Below are positions 28,528-37,793 of a stretch of DNA of 64,000 bases, one piece after another (the first letter of the stretch is position 1; each line of letters begins with the position of its first letter). This stretch comes from Pseudomonadota bacterium (GTDB lineage: Bacteria; Pseudomonadota; Gammaproteobacteria; Magnimaribacterales; D2472), in NCBI GenBank assembly GCA_028344535.1, contig JAOMBK010000006.1, positions 1,211 to 65,210 of the forward strand. The letters run 5' to 3'. A program made the position numbers and the translations under genes. The notes beneath the pieces are model-generated. The model saw only the letters and a program-made list of their open reading frames with translations, ran no database searches and was not told where the DNA came from.

Positions 28528-30216
28528 TTATGTTGTAAAAAATTCTTGGTAGGGTAGTGTGGACTGCAAATCAAACTTCTCATCATTTAATTTATTTGTG
28601 ATTTGGTGAGATTCAACCTGGAAATTATTTATTCCATCTATTACATTTTCACCAAAAATATACCTTGATTGGATGTCACCTTTGAGAACTCTATTTTTGT
28701 TTTCTAGCAATTGCTCATCAACACTTTCTTTTTGAGAATGATATTTTTTAATTTGGTCTTTGGAATATTTTGATTGGAGCAGTTGCAGGGTTTTAGAAGG
28801 AGAGGCAAGCAAAGCAGTGCCGTTATTGCCGCCAAAACCTTTTGCATTTAAAACAGCAAAATCAAAATCATTGTTTTCAAATTCTAAATTCTCCAATAAA
28901 AAATTTACATTTTCTGTATAGACATTATCGGCAAGCTTTGGGGTAGAGGCTATGCCTGGAATCAAATTATTTCTCCAGCTCCCCAACGAACTGATCATTT
29001 GATCTCCGCCAGCTGCTGCAAGAGAGTGGCCGAGATAAGATTTGATAGCTGTCACAGGTAAAGATTTAATGCCAAAGGCTTTAGATATGCTGGAGATAAT
29101 ATGAGATTCACTTTCTCTGTTTTGAGGAGTGCTTGTTCCATGCGCATGAAAAAAGGTCTTATGCATAGCATCTTTACCAAAATGTTTTTTAATTTCGCTA
29201 AAAACTTTTCCAACCGTTAGATAATTTCCAGCTCCAGGGCCTGAAATTGATTTTTTATAACCATCAGCATGAATATGACTGGATAATGCTGCGCCGTGAA
29301 TATTTAAACCAAGCTCAAGAGCAAGACTATCTGCCATCAGGATTACAAACTGAGCAGATTCTCCTAAACTCATGCCAATATTCTCACCAAAGGGCCTGCA
29401 GATTTTACGATGATTGGGTTCAGAAAAGTCTTCACCAAGTTTTTCTTGTAACTTCATAAGATTTACATCTTCTGCTAAACCCTTGGTGGCAGAAAATGCT
29501 TCATATATCTCAGGCACAATCCCGGACTCAGCCGCGCCAACGATGCTAATCAAGGATTCTCCTGATTGAATCATTGAAATTCCTAGCTTCAGGTTGTATT
29601 GGAAAGTTGCGCATGCACCTGTGTAGTTACCTGTAGAACCCATGCTTCCTAACACATAGGCGTGACCAAAGTCTGCACTACCTTCTCCTAGTGACATGGC
29701 CATATGCTTGCTTGTGATTCTCGAGCCTGCCAAGGGTGCTTGAAACATTCCTCCCATCCCATATTTATCTGCTTGCGCAACAGCGCAACCCGAGACGCAT
29801 GAAATTTTTTGTCGAGGTACCTTTAAGAGGATTTCTTCCCATGGCAAACCAAGACTCATGACAGCATCTGATAAACCAAAAATAGTCATTGCAAGGCTGC
29901 GTGGATGTTGTCTGGAATTGTAGGTTTTAGCAGGATTAAATCCTGAAGGGAGTTGCCCTCCTGCTAAGGTAGGTAATTCTGGAGATCTAAAGTTATGCTC
30001 ATCAAAAAAATCATCATCAATGGTTCTTAGCAGGGTGCTATTTAAGATTTGTTCTTTTTTATTGGTTCCCATGAGGTGGCCAAGACTTTGCAATACCTCA
30101 TTTTGTTTTTCTGCATTAATACTATCGAATAACATTCTTTGGTGAGAGAAATCAAAGATGGATCTTCCAGCTGCATTAATTCCACCGTAACCAACAATCA
30201 GGGGAAGGTTAGACAT
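28528..30216 (-). CDS. fabY: Beta-ketoacyl-ACP synthase, FabY-like
   Basis: LPLIVGYGGINAAGRS N-terminus; GACAT, HAHGTST, YLGHSL (Cys-His-His); KGFGGNN. Confidence 0.8.
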   Translation of the reverse strand: MSNLPLIVGYGGINAAGRSIFDFSHQRMLFDSINAEKQNEVLQSLGHLMGTNKKEQILNSTLLRTIDDDFFDEHNFRSPELPTLAGGQLPSGFNPAKTYNSRQHPRSLAMTIFGLSDAVMSLGLPWEEILLKVPRQKISCVSGCAVAQADKYGMGGMFQAPLAGSRITSKHMAMSLGEGSADFGHAYVLGSMGSTGNYTGACATFQYNLKLGISMIQSGESLISIVGAAESGIVPEIYEAFSATKGLAEDVNLMKLQEKLGEDFSEPNHRKICRPFGENIGMSLGESAQFVILMADSLALELGLNIHGAALSSHIHADGYKKSISGPGAGNYLTVGKVFSEIKKHFGKDAMHKTFFHAHGTSTPQNRESESHIISSISKAFGIKSLPVTAIKSYLGHSLAAAGGDQMISSLGSWRNNLIPGIASTPKLADNVYTENVNFLLENLEFENNDFDFAVLNAKGFGGNNGTALLASPSKTLQLLQSKYSKDQIKKYHSQKESVDEQLLENKNRVLKGDIQSRYIFGENVIDGINNFQVESHQITNKLNDEKFDLQSTLPYQEFFTT

Positions 30217-30217
30217 G

Positions 30218-31057
30218 CTAAATTAATTTTTGAGCAGCCAACAACGTATTAAGAATTAAGGTATTAATCGTCATGGGACCAACTCCTCCAGGAACAGGAG
30301 TGTGGGCAGAGGCAATGGAGTCAATATCTTCCAGTTCTATGTCTCCACATTTTTCTGCAGGATGATAGCCAGCATCAATGACCACAGCTCCATTTTTAAT
30401 CCAGTCTTTTTGAATTAGGCGAGGGACTCCAACCGCTCCCACTAAGATATCGGCATTTTTAATATGCTCTTGTAGATTGGTTGTCCTAGAGTGACAGATT
30501 GTAACGGTCGCATTTTTATTCAACAACATCATGGCCATAGGTTTTCCGAGAATAGGACTTCTACCAACAACAACTGCATTTTTACCAGAAATTTCAATTT
30601 TATAATGCTCAAGGATGCGCATAATGCCAGCTGGAGTGCATGAACCAAATGCCTCTTCCCCCATGGTCATTTGGCCAAATCCAATACAGGTCACACCATC
30701 AACATCTTTTTCAACATTAATCGCATCAAAACAATCTCGCTCATTGATTTGTGATGGCACAGGATGTTGCAATAAGATGCCATGAACATTGCTATCTTGG
30801 TTCAGTTTTTCTATGGCTTCTAACAACTCTTCGGTAGTAGTCTCTTTACTTAACTCAACTGCTATTGAATCCATGCCAAGTCTGGCACAAGCATTTTGTT
30901 TCATTTTTACATAGGTGGCTGATGCAGGATCTACGCCAACCAAAATCGTAGCTAAGGTTGGGGTGATGCCGTTTTCTTTTAATTTAGAGACGCTAGCTTT
31001 TATGTCCTCTTCAGCTAATTTCGCAAGCGCTTTTCCGTCTAAAATTTTTGATGGCAT
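30218..31057 (-). CDS. folD: Methylene-THF dehydrogenase/cyclohydrolase
   Basis: [35 protein letters not shown]. Confidence 0.97.
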   Translation of the reverse strand: MPSKILDGKALAKLAEEDIKASVSKLKENGITPTLATILVGVDPASATYVKMKQNACARLGMDSIAVELSKETTTEELLEAIEKLNQDSNVHGILLQHPVPSQINERDCFDAINVEKDVDGVTCIGFGQMTMGEEAFGSCTPAGIMRILEHYKIEISGKNAVVVGRSPILGKPMAMMLLNKNATVTICHSRTTNLQEHIKNADILVGAVGVPRLIQKDWIKNGAVVIDAGYHPAEKCGDIELEDIDSIASAHTPVPGGVGPMTINTLILNTLLAAQKLI

Positions 31058-31135
31058 ACCTCCATTTTCCCATCATTAAATTTTTATGCAATGGAGATTG
31101 ATTATTTAACCTTAAAACTTTAAGATCACTCGTCT

Positions 31136-31212
31136 CGGGGTATAGCGCAGTCTGGTAGCGCACTCGCTTTGGGAGCGAGTGGTCGTAAGTTCGAATCTTA
31201 CTACCCCGACCA
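31136..31212 (+). tRNA. tRNA-Pro(TGG)
   Basis: CGGGGTATAGCGCAG; CTCGC-TTTGGGA-GCGAG; CCA. Confidence 0.97.
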
Positions 31213-31214
31213 GT

Positions 31215-31291
31215 GCGCCTGTAGCTCAGTTGGATAGAGCAACGGTTTTCTAAACCGTGGGTCAGGAGTTCGAATCTCTTCAGGCGCGCCA
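31215..31291 (+). tRNA. tRNA-Arg(TCT)
   Basis: GCGCCTGTAGCTCAG; ACGGT-TTTCTAA-ACCGT; CCA. Confidence 0.97.
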
Positions 31292-31335
31292 TTGTTATGG
31301 CTCTTTACTCACCCTCTAGCAGTTATTTCTGAAAG

Positions 31336-31419
31336 CTAAATATAGCGACCAAACATATAGTAAAATATGAACAAAGTTATGATGAATGTGTAAATTCTAT
31401 TTTTAGTTTTCTTTTTCAT
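31336..31419 (-). CDS. Candidate 27-aa single-helix membrane microprotein
   Basis: MKKKTKNRIYTFIITLFIFYYMFGRYI*; basic N-terminus plus hydrophobic helix; fills an otherwise empty gap. Confidence 0.45.
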   Translation of the reverse strand: MKKKTKNRIYTFIITLFIFYYMFGRYI

Positions 31420-31467
31420 AAATTAATGAAGAAAATTATTAAAGTAAATATATATTGAATTAGGTAG

Positions 31468-32409
31468 ATGAATAAAAATTTTTTTACAGTTGCGGCTTTT
31501 TATGCTTTTGCAGATTTATTAAATGTAAAAGAACTACAAAGAATATTTACTCACTTCTTAAAAAAAGAGGATATCAAGGGCACGGTTCTCCTGGCTCATG
31601 AAGGAATCAACGGTACCGTCTCTGGAACCAAGGCTGCCATTGATCAATTTAAAAATTTTCTTAAATCACATAACCTCCACGAATCGCAAAACTTTAAAAC
31701 CTCCAAGAGCACAGTAGATCCATTTCCTCGTCTAAAGGTTAAATTAAAAGATGAAATAGTTAGCATTGGCAATGAATTAGCTGATCCGACAAAAATTGTT
31801 GGCGAATATGTTCAGCCAGAAGATTGGAATAGTTTGATTTCTCAGGAAGATGTTTTAGTTTTAGATACAAGAAATACTTATGAATTTTCAATTGGTACTT
31901 TTGAAAAATCTATACAACCAGAGACCAAAAATTTTAGAGAATTTCCAGATTGGCTTGAAAGCCTTGAATCATCAGGTATTGATAAAGATAATAAAGTGGC
32001 CATGTTTTGCACAGGTGGTATTCGTTGCGAGAAAGCATCTTCTTTGATGAAGGCAAAAGGGTTTAAAAATATCTATCATCTGCAAGGCGGCATTTTAAAT
32101 TATATTGAAAAAGTAGATGAAGAAGAATCATTGTGGCAAGGAGAATGTTTTGTCTTTGACGATCGAGTAGCGCTAAATCACAATTTAGAAGTTGGCTCTT
32201 ATGATATGTGTCATGGTTGTAGGATGCCTATTACAGAGGCAGACAAGCTTGAGGATGAGTATGTAAGGGGGGTGAGTTGTCCAAATTGTTATAATACAAA
32301 AACGCCTGATCAAAAAAAACGTTATGCAGATAGGCAAAAACAGGTTGATTTAGCAAAGCTTAGGAATGAAAAACATATCGGAGCTACTTTCCAATCAAAT
32401 AAAAAATGA
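31468..32409 (+). CDS. trhO: Rhodanese-domain tRNA U34 hydroxylase TrhO (YceA/UPF0176)
   Basis: EGINGT, DTRNTYE, MFCTGGIRCEK, LQGGILNY, GECFVFD. Confidence 0.92.
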   Translation: MNKNFFTVAAFYAFADLLNVKELQRIFTHFLKKEDIKGTVLLAHEGINGTVSGTKAAIDQFKNFLKSHNLHESQNFKTSKSTVDPFPRLKVKLKDEIVSIGNELADPTKIVGEYVQPEDWNSLISQEDVLVLDTRNTYEFSIGTFEKSIQPETKNFREFPDWLESLESSGIDKDNKVAMFCTGGIRCEKASSLMKAKGFKNIYHLQGGILNYIEKVDEEESLWQGECFVFDDRVALNHNLEVGSYDMCHGCRMPITEADKLEDEYVRGVSCPNCYNTKTPDQKKRYADRQKQVDLAKLRNEKHIGATFQSNKK

Positions 32410-33041
32410 CTCCAATACTCTACAGTTTTAGAAGATGCCCATATGCTATGCGAGCACGAATGGCATTAATTTTGGCTTCAAAAGAATGTGAATTAAGAGA
32501 AATTTTACTTAAAGACAAACCTGATGAAATGCTAAAAGTTTCTTCCAAGGGTACTGTTCCTGTTTTGCAATTTACCAATAAAGTTTTAGACGAAAGTCTA
32601 GACATCATTTCTTGGGCCATGGAATCTCCAGCTCCCAATGTCCATATTTACAGCGAAGCAGAAGAATCATTAGCTTTAGAGCTTGTTCAGTTATTTGATT
32701 CAAAATTTAAATATCATCTTGATCGTTACAAGTACTCATCTCGATATGGCGTCGATCCAAGGGATCACCAACAAGAGTGCAGAGTTATTCTAGAAAATCT
32801 AGAGGCCAAGATTAAACCTAATCCATGGATTTTTGGCAATGCAGTCAGTCTTTTGGATATTTCTATTCTTCCTTTCATCCGACAATGCAAAATAGCTAAT
32901 CCTGATTGGTTTTTTGCTCAAGACTTCGTGAAGGTAATTGACCTCTTAAATTATTTTGAAAACGGGAATTTATTTGCTCAAGCTATGCAAAAGTATGACC
33001 TATGGGATCCTACAAAAAATAATGGAAATATTTTTCCGTAA
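32406..33041 (+). CDS. Glutathione S-transferase family protein
   Basis: LYSFRRCPYAMRAR, KGTVPVL, DESLDI, FKYHLDRYKY. Confidence 0.92.
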   Translation: MTPILYSFRRCPYAMRARMALILASKECELREILLKDKPDEMLKVSSKGTVPVLQFTNKVLDESLDIISWAMESPAPNVHIYSEAEESLALELVQLFDSKFKYHLDRYKYSSRYGVDPRDHQQECRVILENLEAKIKPNPWIFGNAVSLLDISILPFIRQCKIANPDWFFAQDFVKVIDLLNYFENGNLFAQAMQKYDLWDPTKNNGNIFP

Positions 33042-33045
33042 ATTT

Positions 33046-34449
33046 TTACAAGCCAATTGAATCATAACTTGTAGCAATTCTATCTAATGCCACTTTGTAT
33101 GCGGCGGTGCGAAGATTGGGAATATCATTTTCAATCATGCTTTGCCTTACTTTTTGATAAGCTTCCCTCATCATGTCGTCAAGGCCAGATCTAACCAAAT
33201 CTATTTCATTGGCACCCTCAATGAACTGTTCCTTAAATTGATCTGGCATCTCTTTTCCTGTCATGGTTTCAATCGCTGAAATAAGGGTATCAAACTGAAA
33301 AGCATTCCTTCTTTTTTCAAGTCTGCCAAAACGAATATGCCTTAAATTTCTTATCCACTCAAAATAGCTGACCGCAACTCCACCAGCATTAGCCATAATA
33401 TCTGGAATAATAGTTACATTGCGCTCATTTAAAAGCCCATCTGCTTCAAAGGTAATAGGGCCGTTGGCTGCCTCTACAATCAGTTTGGCTTTTATGTCTT
33501 GAGCGATAGTCTTATCTATAACATTTTCTTTTGCCGCTGGAATAAGAATGTCACATTCCATGGTTAAGAACTCTGATGTGTTGGCTTCAAACTTGCCTTC
33601 ACTGCAGTCCTCAAAACTTCCATGCTCAGATTGATGTGATTTTATTTTTTCTATATTTAGGCCATCCGGGTTAAGAATTGCTCCATTGTGTTCCATGACA
33701 CAAACTATTCTGCACTCATCTTCTTCTTGTAAAAACTTTGCAGCATGGTACCCAACATTTCCAAGCCCTTGAAGAACAACTTTTTTATCTTTTAAGCCAC
33801 CTTTAAATCCCGCTTTTAAATAATCTTCTTCATGTCGAAAGAATTCTCTTATTATGTATTGAACACCTCTTCCAGTTGCCTCTGATCGACCAACTAGGCC
33901 TCCTTTCTGCGTTGGCTTTCCAGTTACACATGCTAAGGCATTAATATCGGTAGGGTGAATGCGTCTGTACTCATCCGCTATCCAAGCCATCTCTTCTGCG
34001 CCCGTTCCTACATCAGGCGCTGGAACATTTTGGGCAGGATGAATCAAGTCGCGTTTAATAAGTTCTTGAGCAAATCGTCGAGTAATTTTTTCAATCTCAG
34101 ATTTAGTCCACTCTTTTGGGTTGATTTTTAGAGCGCCTTTAGAGCCACCATATGGAACTTCAATAATTGCACATTTATAGGTCATAAGAGCTGCAAGAGC
34201 CTCTACTTCTTCTTGAGAAGCATTGATGTCATATCGAATGCCGCCCTTGGCTGGTTCAAAATGTTCTGAATGGACCGAACGCCACCCAGTAAATGTATGT
34301 ATTTCTTTTCTTAACTTTACGCCAAAATTGATTGTATAAGTTGAATTGGAGACCCTGATTCTTGTGGCTAAATCAGGTGAAATTTCTGTATAGCTTAAAG
34401 CTTGATCAAACAGTTTATTGGTGCTATTTAAAAAATCTTGGTTAACCAA
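33046..34449 (-). CDS. Glutamate dehydrogenase (Glu/Leu/Phe/Val family)
   Basis: KGGIRY, MTYKCA, GGSKG, PAPDVGT, QGLGNVG, EAANGP, NAGGV. Confidence 0.93.
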   Translation of the reverse strand: MVNQDFLNSTNKLFDQALSYTEISPDLATRIRVSNSTYTINFGVKLRKEIHTFTGWRSVHSEHFEPAKGGIRYDINASQEEVEALAALMTYKCAIIEVPYGGSKGALKINPKEWTKSEIEKITRRFAQELIKRDLIHPAQNVPAPDVGTGAEEMAWIADEYRRIHPTDINALACVTGKPTQKGGLVGRSEATGRGVQYIIREFFRHEEDYLKAGFKGGLKDKKVVLQGLGNVGYHAAKFLQEEDECRIVCVMEHNGAILNPDGLNIEKIKSHQSEHGSFEDCSEGKFEANTSEFLTMECDILIPAAKENVIDKTIAQDIKAKLIVEAANGPITFEADGLLNERNVTIIPDIMANAGGVAVSYFEWIRNLRHIRFGRLEKRRNAFQFDTLISAIETMTGKEMPDQFKEQFIEGANEIDLVRSGLDDMMREAYQKVRQSMIENDIPNLRTAAYKVALDRIATSYDSIGL

Positions 34450-34509
34450 AATATCCCCCTTAAAAAAATATTATTATATGCTTTTTACATCTATAATGTT
34501 TCGTTTCTT

Positions 34510-34587
34510 GGCGGGCGTAGCTCAGTTGGTTAGAGCGCTGGATTGTGGCTCCGGAGGCCGTGGGTTCGAACCCCATCGCTCGCCCCA
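34510..34587 (+). tRNA. tRNA-His(GTG)
   Basis: G-1 then GCGGGCGTAGCTCAG; CTGGA-TTGTGGC-TCCGG; C73-CCA. Confidence 0.96.
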
Positions 34588-34606
34588 TTAAAATTAGATA
34601 AATAAA

Positions 34607-35908
34607 ATGAGTAGCAAAATAAAAAAACTAAAAGATTTAGAACGTAAGTTGACTGTTTCAGTTCCTGTTGAGGATTACGAAAAAAAATATGCTGGTAAGC
34701 TTTCAAAGATCAAATCTACAGCAAAACTTGATGGATTTAGAAAAGGCAATGTTCCTGATGACGTTCTTAAGCAACGTTACGGAGATTCCATTCACTACGA
34801 AGTTTTAAATGAGCTTATCCAAGAGAGCTACCCAAAAGAGCTTCAAGAACAGAACATTAAACCTGCATCCTCTCCTGCAATTAGTATTGAGAATGAAGAT
34901 GCTGCGAAGCCTATTTCGTATTCAGCAGTGTTTGAAGTTTTTCCGGAAATTAAGCCAAAGCTTTCTCGATGGAAAAGTTTTGAAAAATCTGAAATCACTT
35001 TGGATGACTCAGATATTGATCTGGCGATTGATGATATTTTGGAAAGGTATTGCGAGTGGCAAAAAGTTGAAAGAGCAGCTGAAGAGAAGGATCAAGTGGT
35101 CATTGATTTTGAGGGAAAAATTGATGGTGAGGGTTTTGAGGGAAATGAATCTAAAGATTTTAAATTGGTTATCGGTTCAAAATCTATGATTCCAGGATTT
35201 GAAGATAACTTGGTTGGCAAGAATTCAGGAGAAAGCTTTTCATTCAAAACAAACTTCCCAGAAGATTATTTTAAGAAGGATTTAGCAGGCAAAGAGACTG
35301 AATTTTTTATTACAGTTCATGAGGTGCAAGAGATGCACAAGGCTAAAATTGACAAAGAGCTTTTTGAAAAACTTGCGATGGAAGATGTTTCTGATGAAAA
35401 AAGCTTCCGTGCAGAAATTTCAAAACGAATGGAAGGCGAGATAGCGCAACAAGAAAAATCTCTTACCAAGGAATCCATTTATGAAACGCTTCTTCAGAGT
35501 AATGATTTCAAAGTTCCGAATGCTACGGTTGCAGAACAGGCAGAGCTCATGAGGAAGGATTCATTAATGCGTATGGGTCAAACTGCTGAAAATGCTCCTG
35601 AAGATCTTTTTCCGGTCGATGAGTTTAAAGAAAATGCTGAAAAAAGAGTGAGGTTGGATCTCTTGTTTTCAGCTTTGATACAAAAATACGAGCTTGAAGT
35701 CAAAGAAGAGGATTTAAATGCGTTTATCGAAGAGGAGGCTGAAAAGTACAAGGATGGCGAACAATTTAGGGCATGGATTCAAAGCCAGCCTCAGCAGCTT
35801 GATCAGTACAGAATGGTAATATTAGAAAATTTGCTCATTGAAAAATTAGATTCTGCCCTTAAATCTAAAGTAAAGGTGATAAAATTTTCAGAACTAGCTA
35901 ATAAATAA
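34607..35908 (+). CDS. tig: Trigger factor
   Basis: GFRKG ribosome-binding motif; FKBP IDFEG, MIPGFE, FPEDY. Confidence 0.96.
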   Translation: MSSKIKKLKDLERKLTVSVPVEDYEKKYAGKLSKIKSTAKLDGFRKGNVPDDVLKQRYGDSIHYEVLNELIQESYPKELQEQNIKPASSPAISIENEDAAKPISYSAVFEVFPEIKPKLSRWKSFEKSEITLDDSDIDLAIDDILERYCEWQKVERAAEEKDQVVIDFEGKIDGEGFEGNESKDFKLVIGSKSMIPGFEDNLVGKNSGESFSFKTNFPEDYFKKDLAGKETEFFITVHEVQEMHKAKIDKELFEKLAMEDVSDEKSFRAEISKRMEGEIAQQEKSLTKESIYETLLQSNDFKVPNATVAEQAELMRKDSLMRMGQTAENAPEDLFPVDEFKENAEKRVRLDLLFSALIQKYELEVKEEDLNAFIEEEAEKYKDGEQFRAWIQSQPQQLDQYRMVILENLLIEKLDSALKSKVKVIKFSELANK

Positions 35909-35911
35909 AAT

Positions 35912-36526
35912 ATGGAAAAAATAAATTCTGGTTTGGTGCCAATGGTTGTAGAGCAGACTCCTCGTGGGGAGCGTGCTTTTGATATATATTCACGACTTTT
36001 AAAAGAAAGAATTATTTTTTTATCCGGCCCTATAGACGATTATATTTCTAACTTAGTAGTTGCTCAGCTTCTATTTTTAGAGTCAGAAAATCCCGAAAAA
36101 GATATTAGTATTTATATTAATTCTCCTGGGGGTGTTATTTCTTCGGGCTTAGCCATATATGACACTATGCAATTTATTGCTCCTGAGGTTTCTACATTGT
36201 GTATTGGTCAGGCAGCAAGCATGGGGTCGCTTTTGCTTGCTGGTGGAGAAAAAGGTAAAAGATTTGCATTAACTAATTCTCGAATCATGATTCATCAACC
36301 CCTTGGTGGCTTCCAAGGTCAAGCTTCTGACTTTGAGATCCACGCAAAAGAAATGCTTTTGGTTAAACAAAAGGTTAATGAGATACTTGCTAAGCATACC
36401 GGTAAGACTTTAAAGAAAGTTGAGCAAGACACTGATAGAGATAATTTTTTGAATGCTAAGGAAGCTAAAGCCTATGGCATAATCGATGAAATATTAGAGA
36501 GCAGACCAACCACCAATGGAAAATAA
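35912..36526 (+). CDS. clpP: Clp protease proteolytic subunit
   Basis: DIYSRLL, YINSPGG, QAASMG, MIHQP. Confidence 0.98.
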   Translation: MEKINSGLVPMVVEQTPRGERAFDIYSRLLKERIIFLSGPIDDYISNLVVAQLLFLESENPEKDISIYINSPGGVISSGLAIYDTMQFIAPEVSTLCIGQAASMGSLLLAGGEKGKRFALTNSRIMIHQPLGGFQGQASDFEIHAKEMLLVKQKVNEILAKHTGKTLKKVEQDTDRDNFLNAKEAKAYGIIDEILESRPTTNGK

Positions 36527-37763
36527 AGACAACAATAAACTATCCTGCACTTTTTGCGGCAAAGGCCAAGAAGAGGTTCGCAAGCTTATTGCTGGACCGA
36601 GTGTTTACATCTGTGACGAGTGCGTTGACCTTTGCAATGACATTATAGAAGAGGAAGTCAAAGCTGAGGACGAAGAGGTGCTTGATGTTTTGCCATCTCC
36701 TTTAGAGATATTTAAGCAGCTTGATGATTACGTAATAGGCCAAGAGAAAGCTAAAAAAACCCTATCGGTTGCTGTTTATAATCACTATAAGCGATTGCGA
36801 TCTAATGCAAAGAAAGATGAGATTGAGCTTCAAAAAAGTAATGTTTTATTGCTTGGACCAACTGGCAGCGGTAAAACGCTTTTGGCACAAACTCTGGCAA
36901 GAGTTCTTAATGTTCCATTTACTATTGCGGATGCAACGACCTTAACTGAAGCTGGATATGTTGGCGAGGATGTTGAGAATATTATTCAGAAGCTTCTGCA
37001 AAAATGTGATTATGACCCTGATAAAGCCGCCCTTGGAATTGTGTATATTGATGAAATTGATAAGATTGCGCGCAAATCAGATAATCCCTCCATTACTAGA
37101 GATGTATCTGGTGAGGGCGTTCAGCAGGCCTTACTCAAGTTAATAGAGGGTACAGTTGCCTCAATTCCGCCTCAAGGTGGAAGAAAACATCCGCAACAAG
37201 AATTCATTCAGATTGATACCTCTAATATATTATTTATTTGCGGTGGAGCTTTTTCTGGGATTGATGAAGTTATCAAACATAGAACAGATAAATCTGGTAT
37301 TGGCTTCGGTGCGGCTGTTAAAGATACTCAGGCATCTGTTGCTTCCATTGTAGAAACTTTAGAACCAGAAGATCTGGTTAAATTTGGCTTAATTCCAGAA
37401 TTTGTTGGTAGATTGCCAGTGATCTCCACTTTGCATGAGTTAGATGAGGAAGCCTTGGTCAGAATTCTACAAGAACCCAAAAATGCATTAGTTAATCAGT
37501 ACAAATACCTATTTGATATTGATGAGGTTGAATTAGATTTTCGAACCGAAGCTTTGCTTGAGATAGCAAAAAAGGCCCTGCAGAGAAAAACAGGCGCAAG
37601 AGGATTAAGATCAATTATGGAAGAGCTACTAATGGATACAATGTTTGAGCTTCCTAATATTGATTTAGAAAAAGTAATCGTGGATGAGAATTCTGTCTTG
37701 CATTCAACAGATCCAATCAAGGTCTATAAATCTCCTAAGAAAAAAACCTCTTCTGCTGGTTGA
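36516..37763 (+). CDS. clpX: Clp protease ATP-binding subunit ClpX
   Basis: CTFCGK zinc domain, [21 protein letters not shown] loop. Confidence 0.98.
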   Translation: MENKDNNKLSCTFCGKGQEEVRKLIAGPSVYICDECVDLCNDIIEEEVKAEDEEVLDVLPSPLEIFKQLDDYVIGQEKAKKTLSVAVYNHYKRLRSNAKKDEIELQKSNVLLLGPTGSGKTLLAQTLARVLNVPFTIADATTLTEAGYVGEDVENIIQKLLQKCDYDPDKAALGIVYIDEIDKIARKSDNPSITRDVSGEGVQQALLKLIEGTVASIPPQGGRKHPQQEFIQIDTSNILFICGGAFSGIDEVIKHRTDKSGIGFGAAVKDTQASVASIVETLEPEDLVKFGLIPEFVGRLPVISTLHELDEEALVRILQEPKNALVNQYKYLFDIDEVELDFRTEALLEIAKKALQRKTGARGLRSIMEELLMDTMFELPNIDLEKVIVDENSVLHSTDPIKVYKSPKKKTSSAG

Positions 37764-37793
37764 ATTTAATTAATTCTCCCTCATTATATTTAT

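Noticed and set aside
31011-31292. 93-aa minus-strand ORF
   Set aside because: Antisense shadow of tRNA-Pro and tRNA-Arg.
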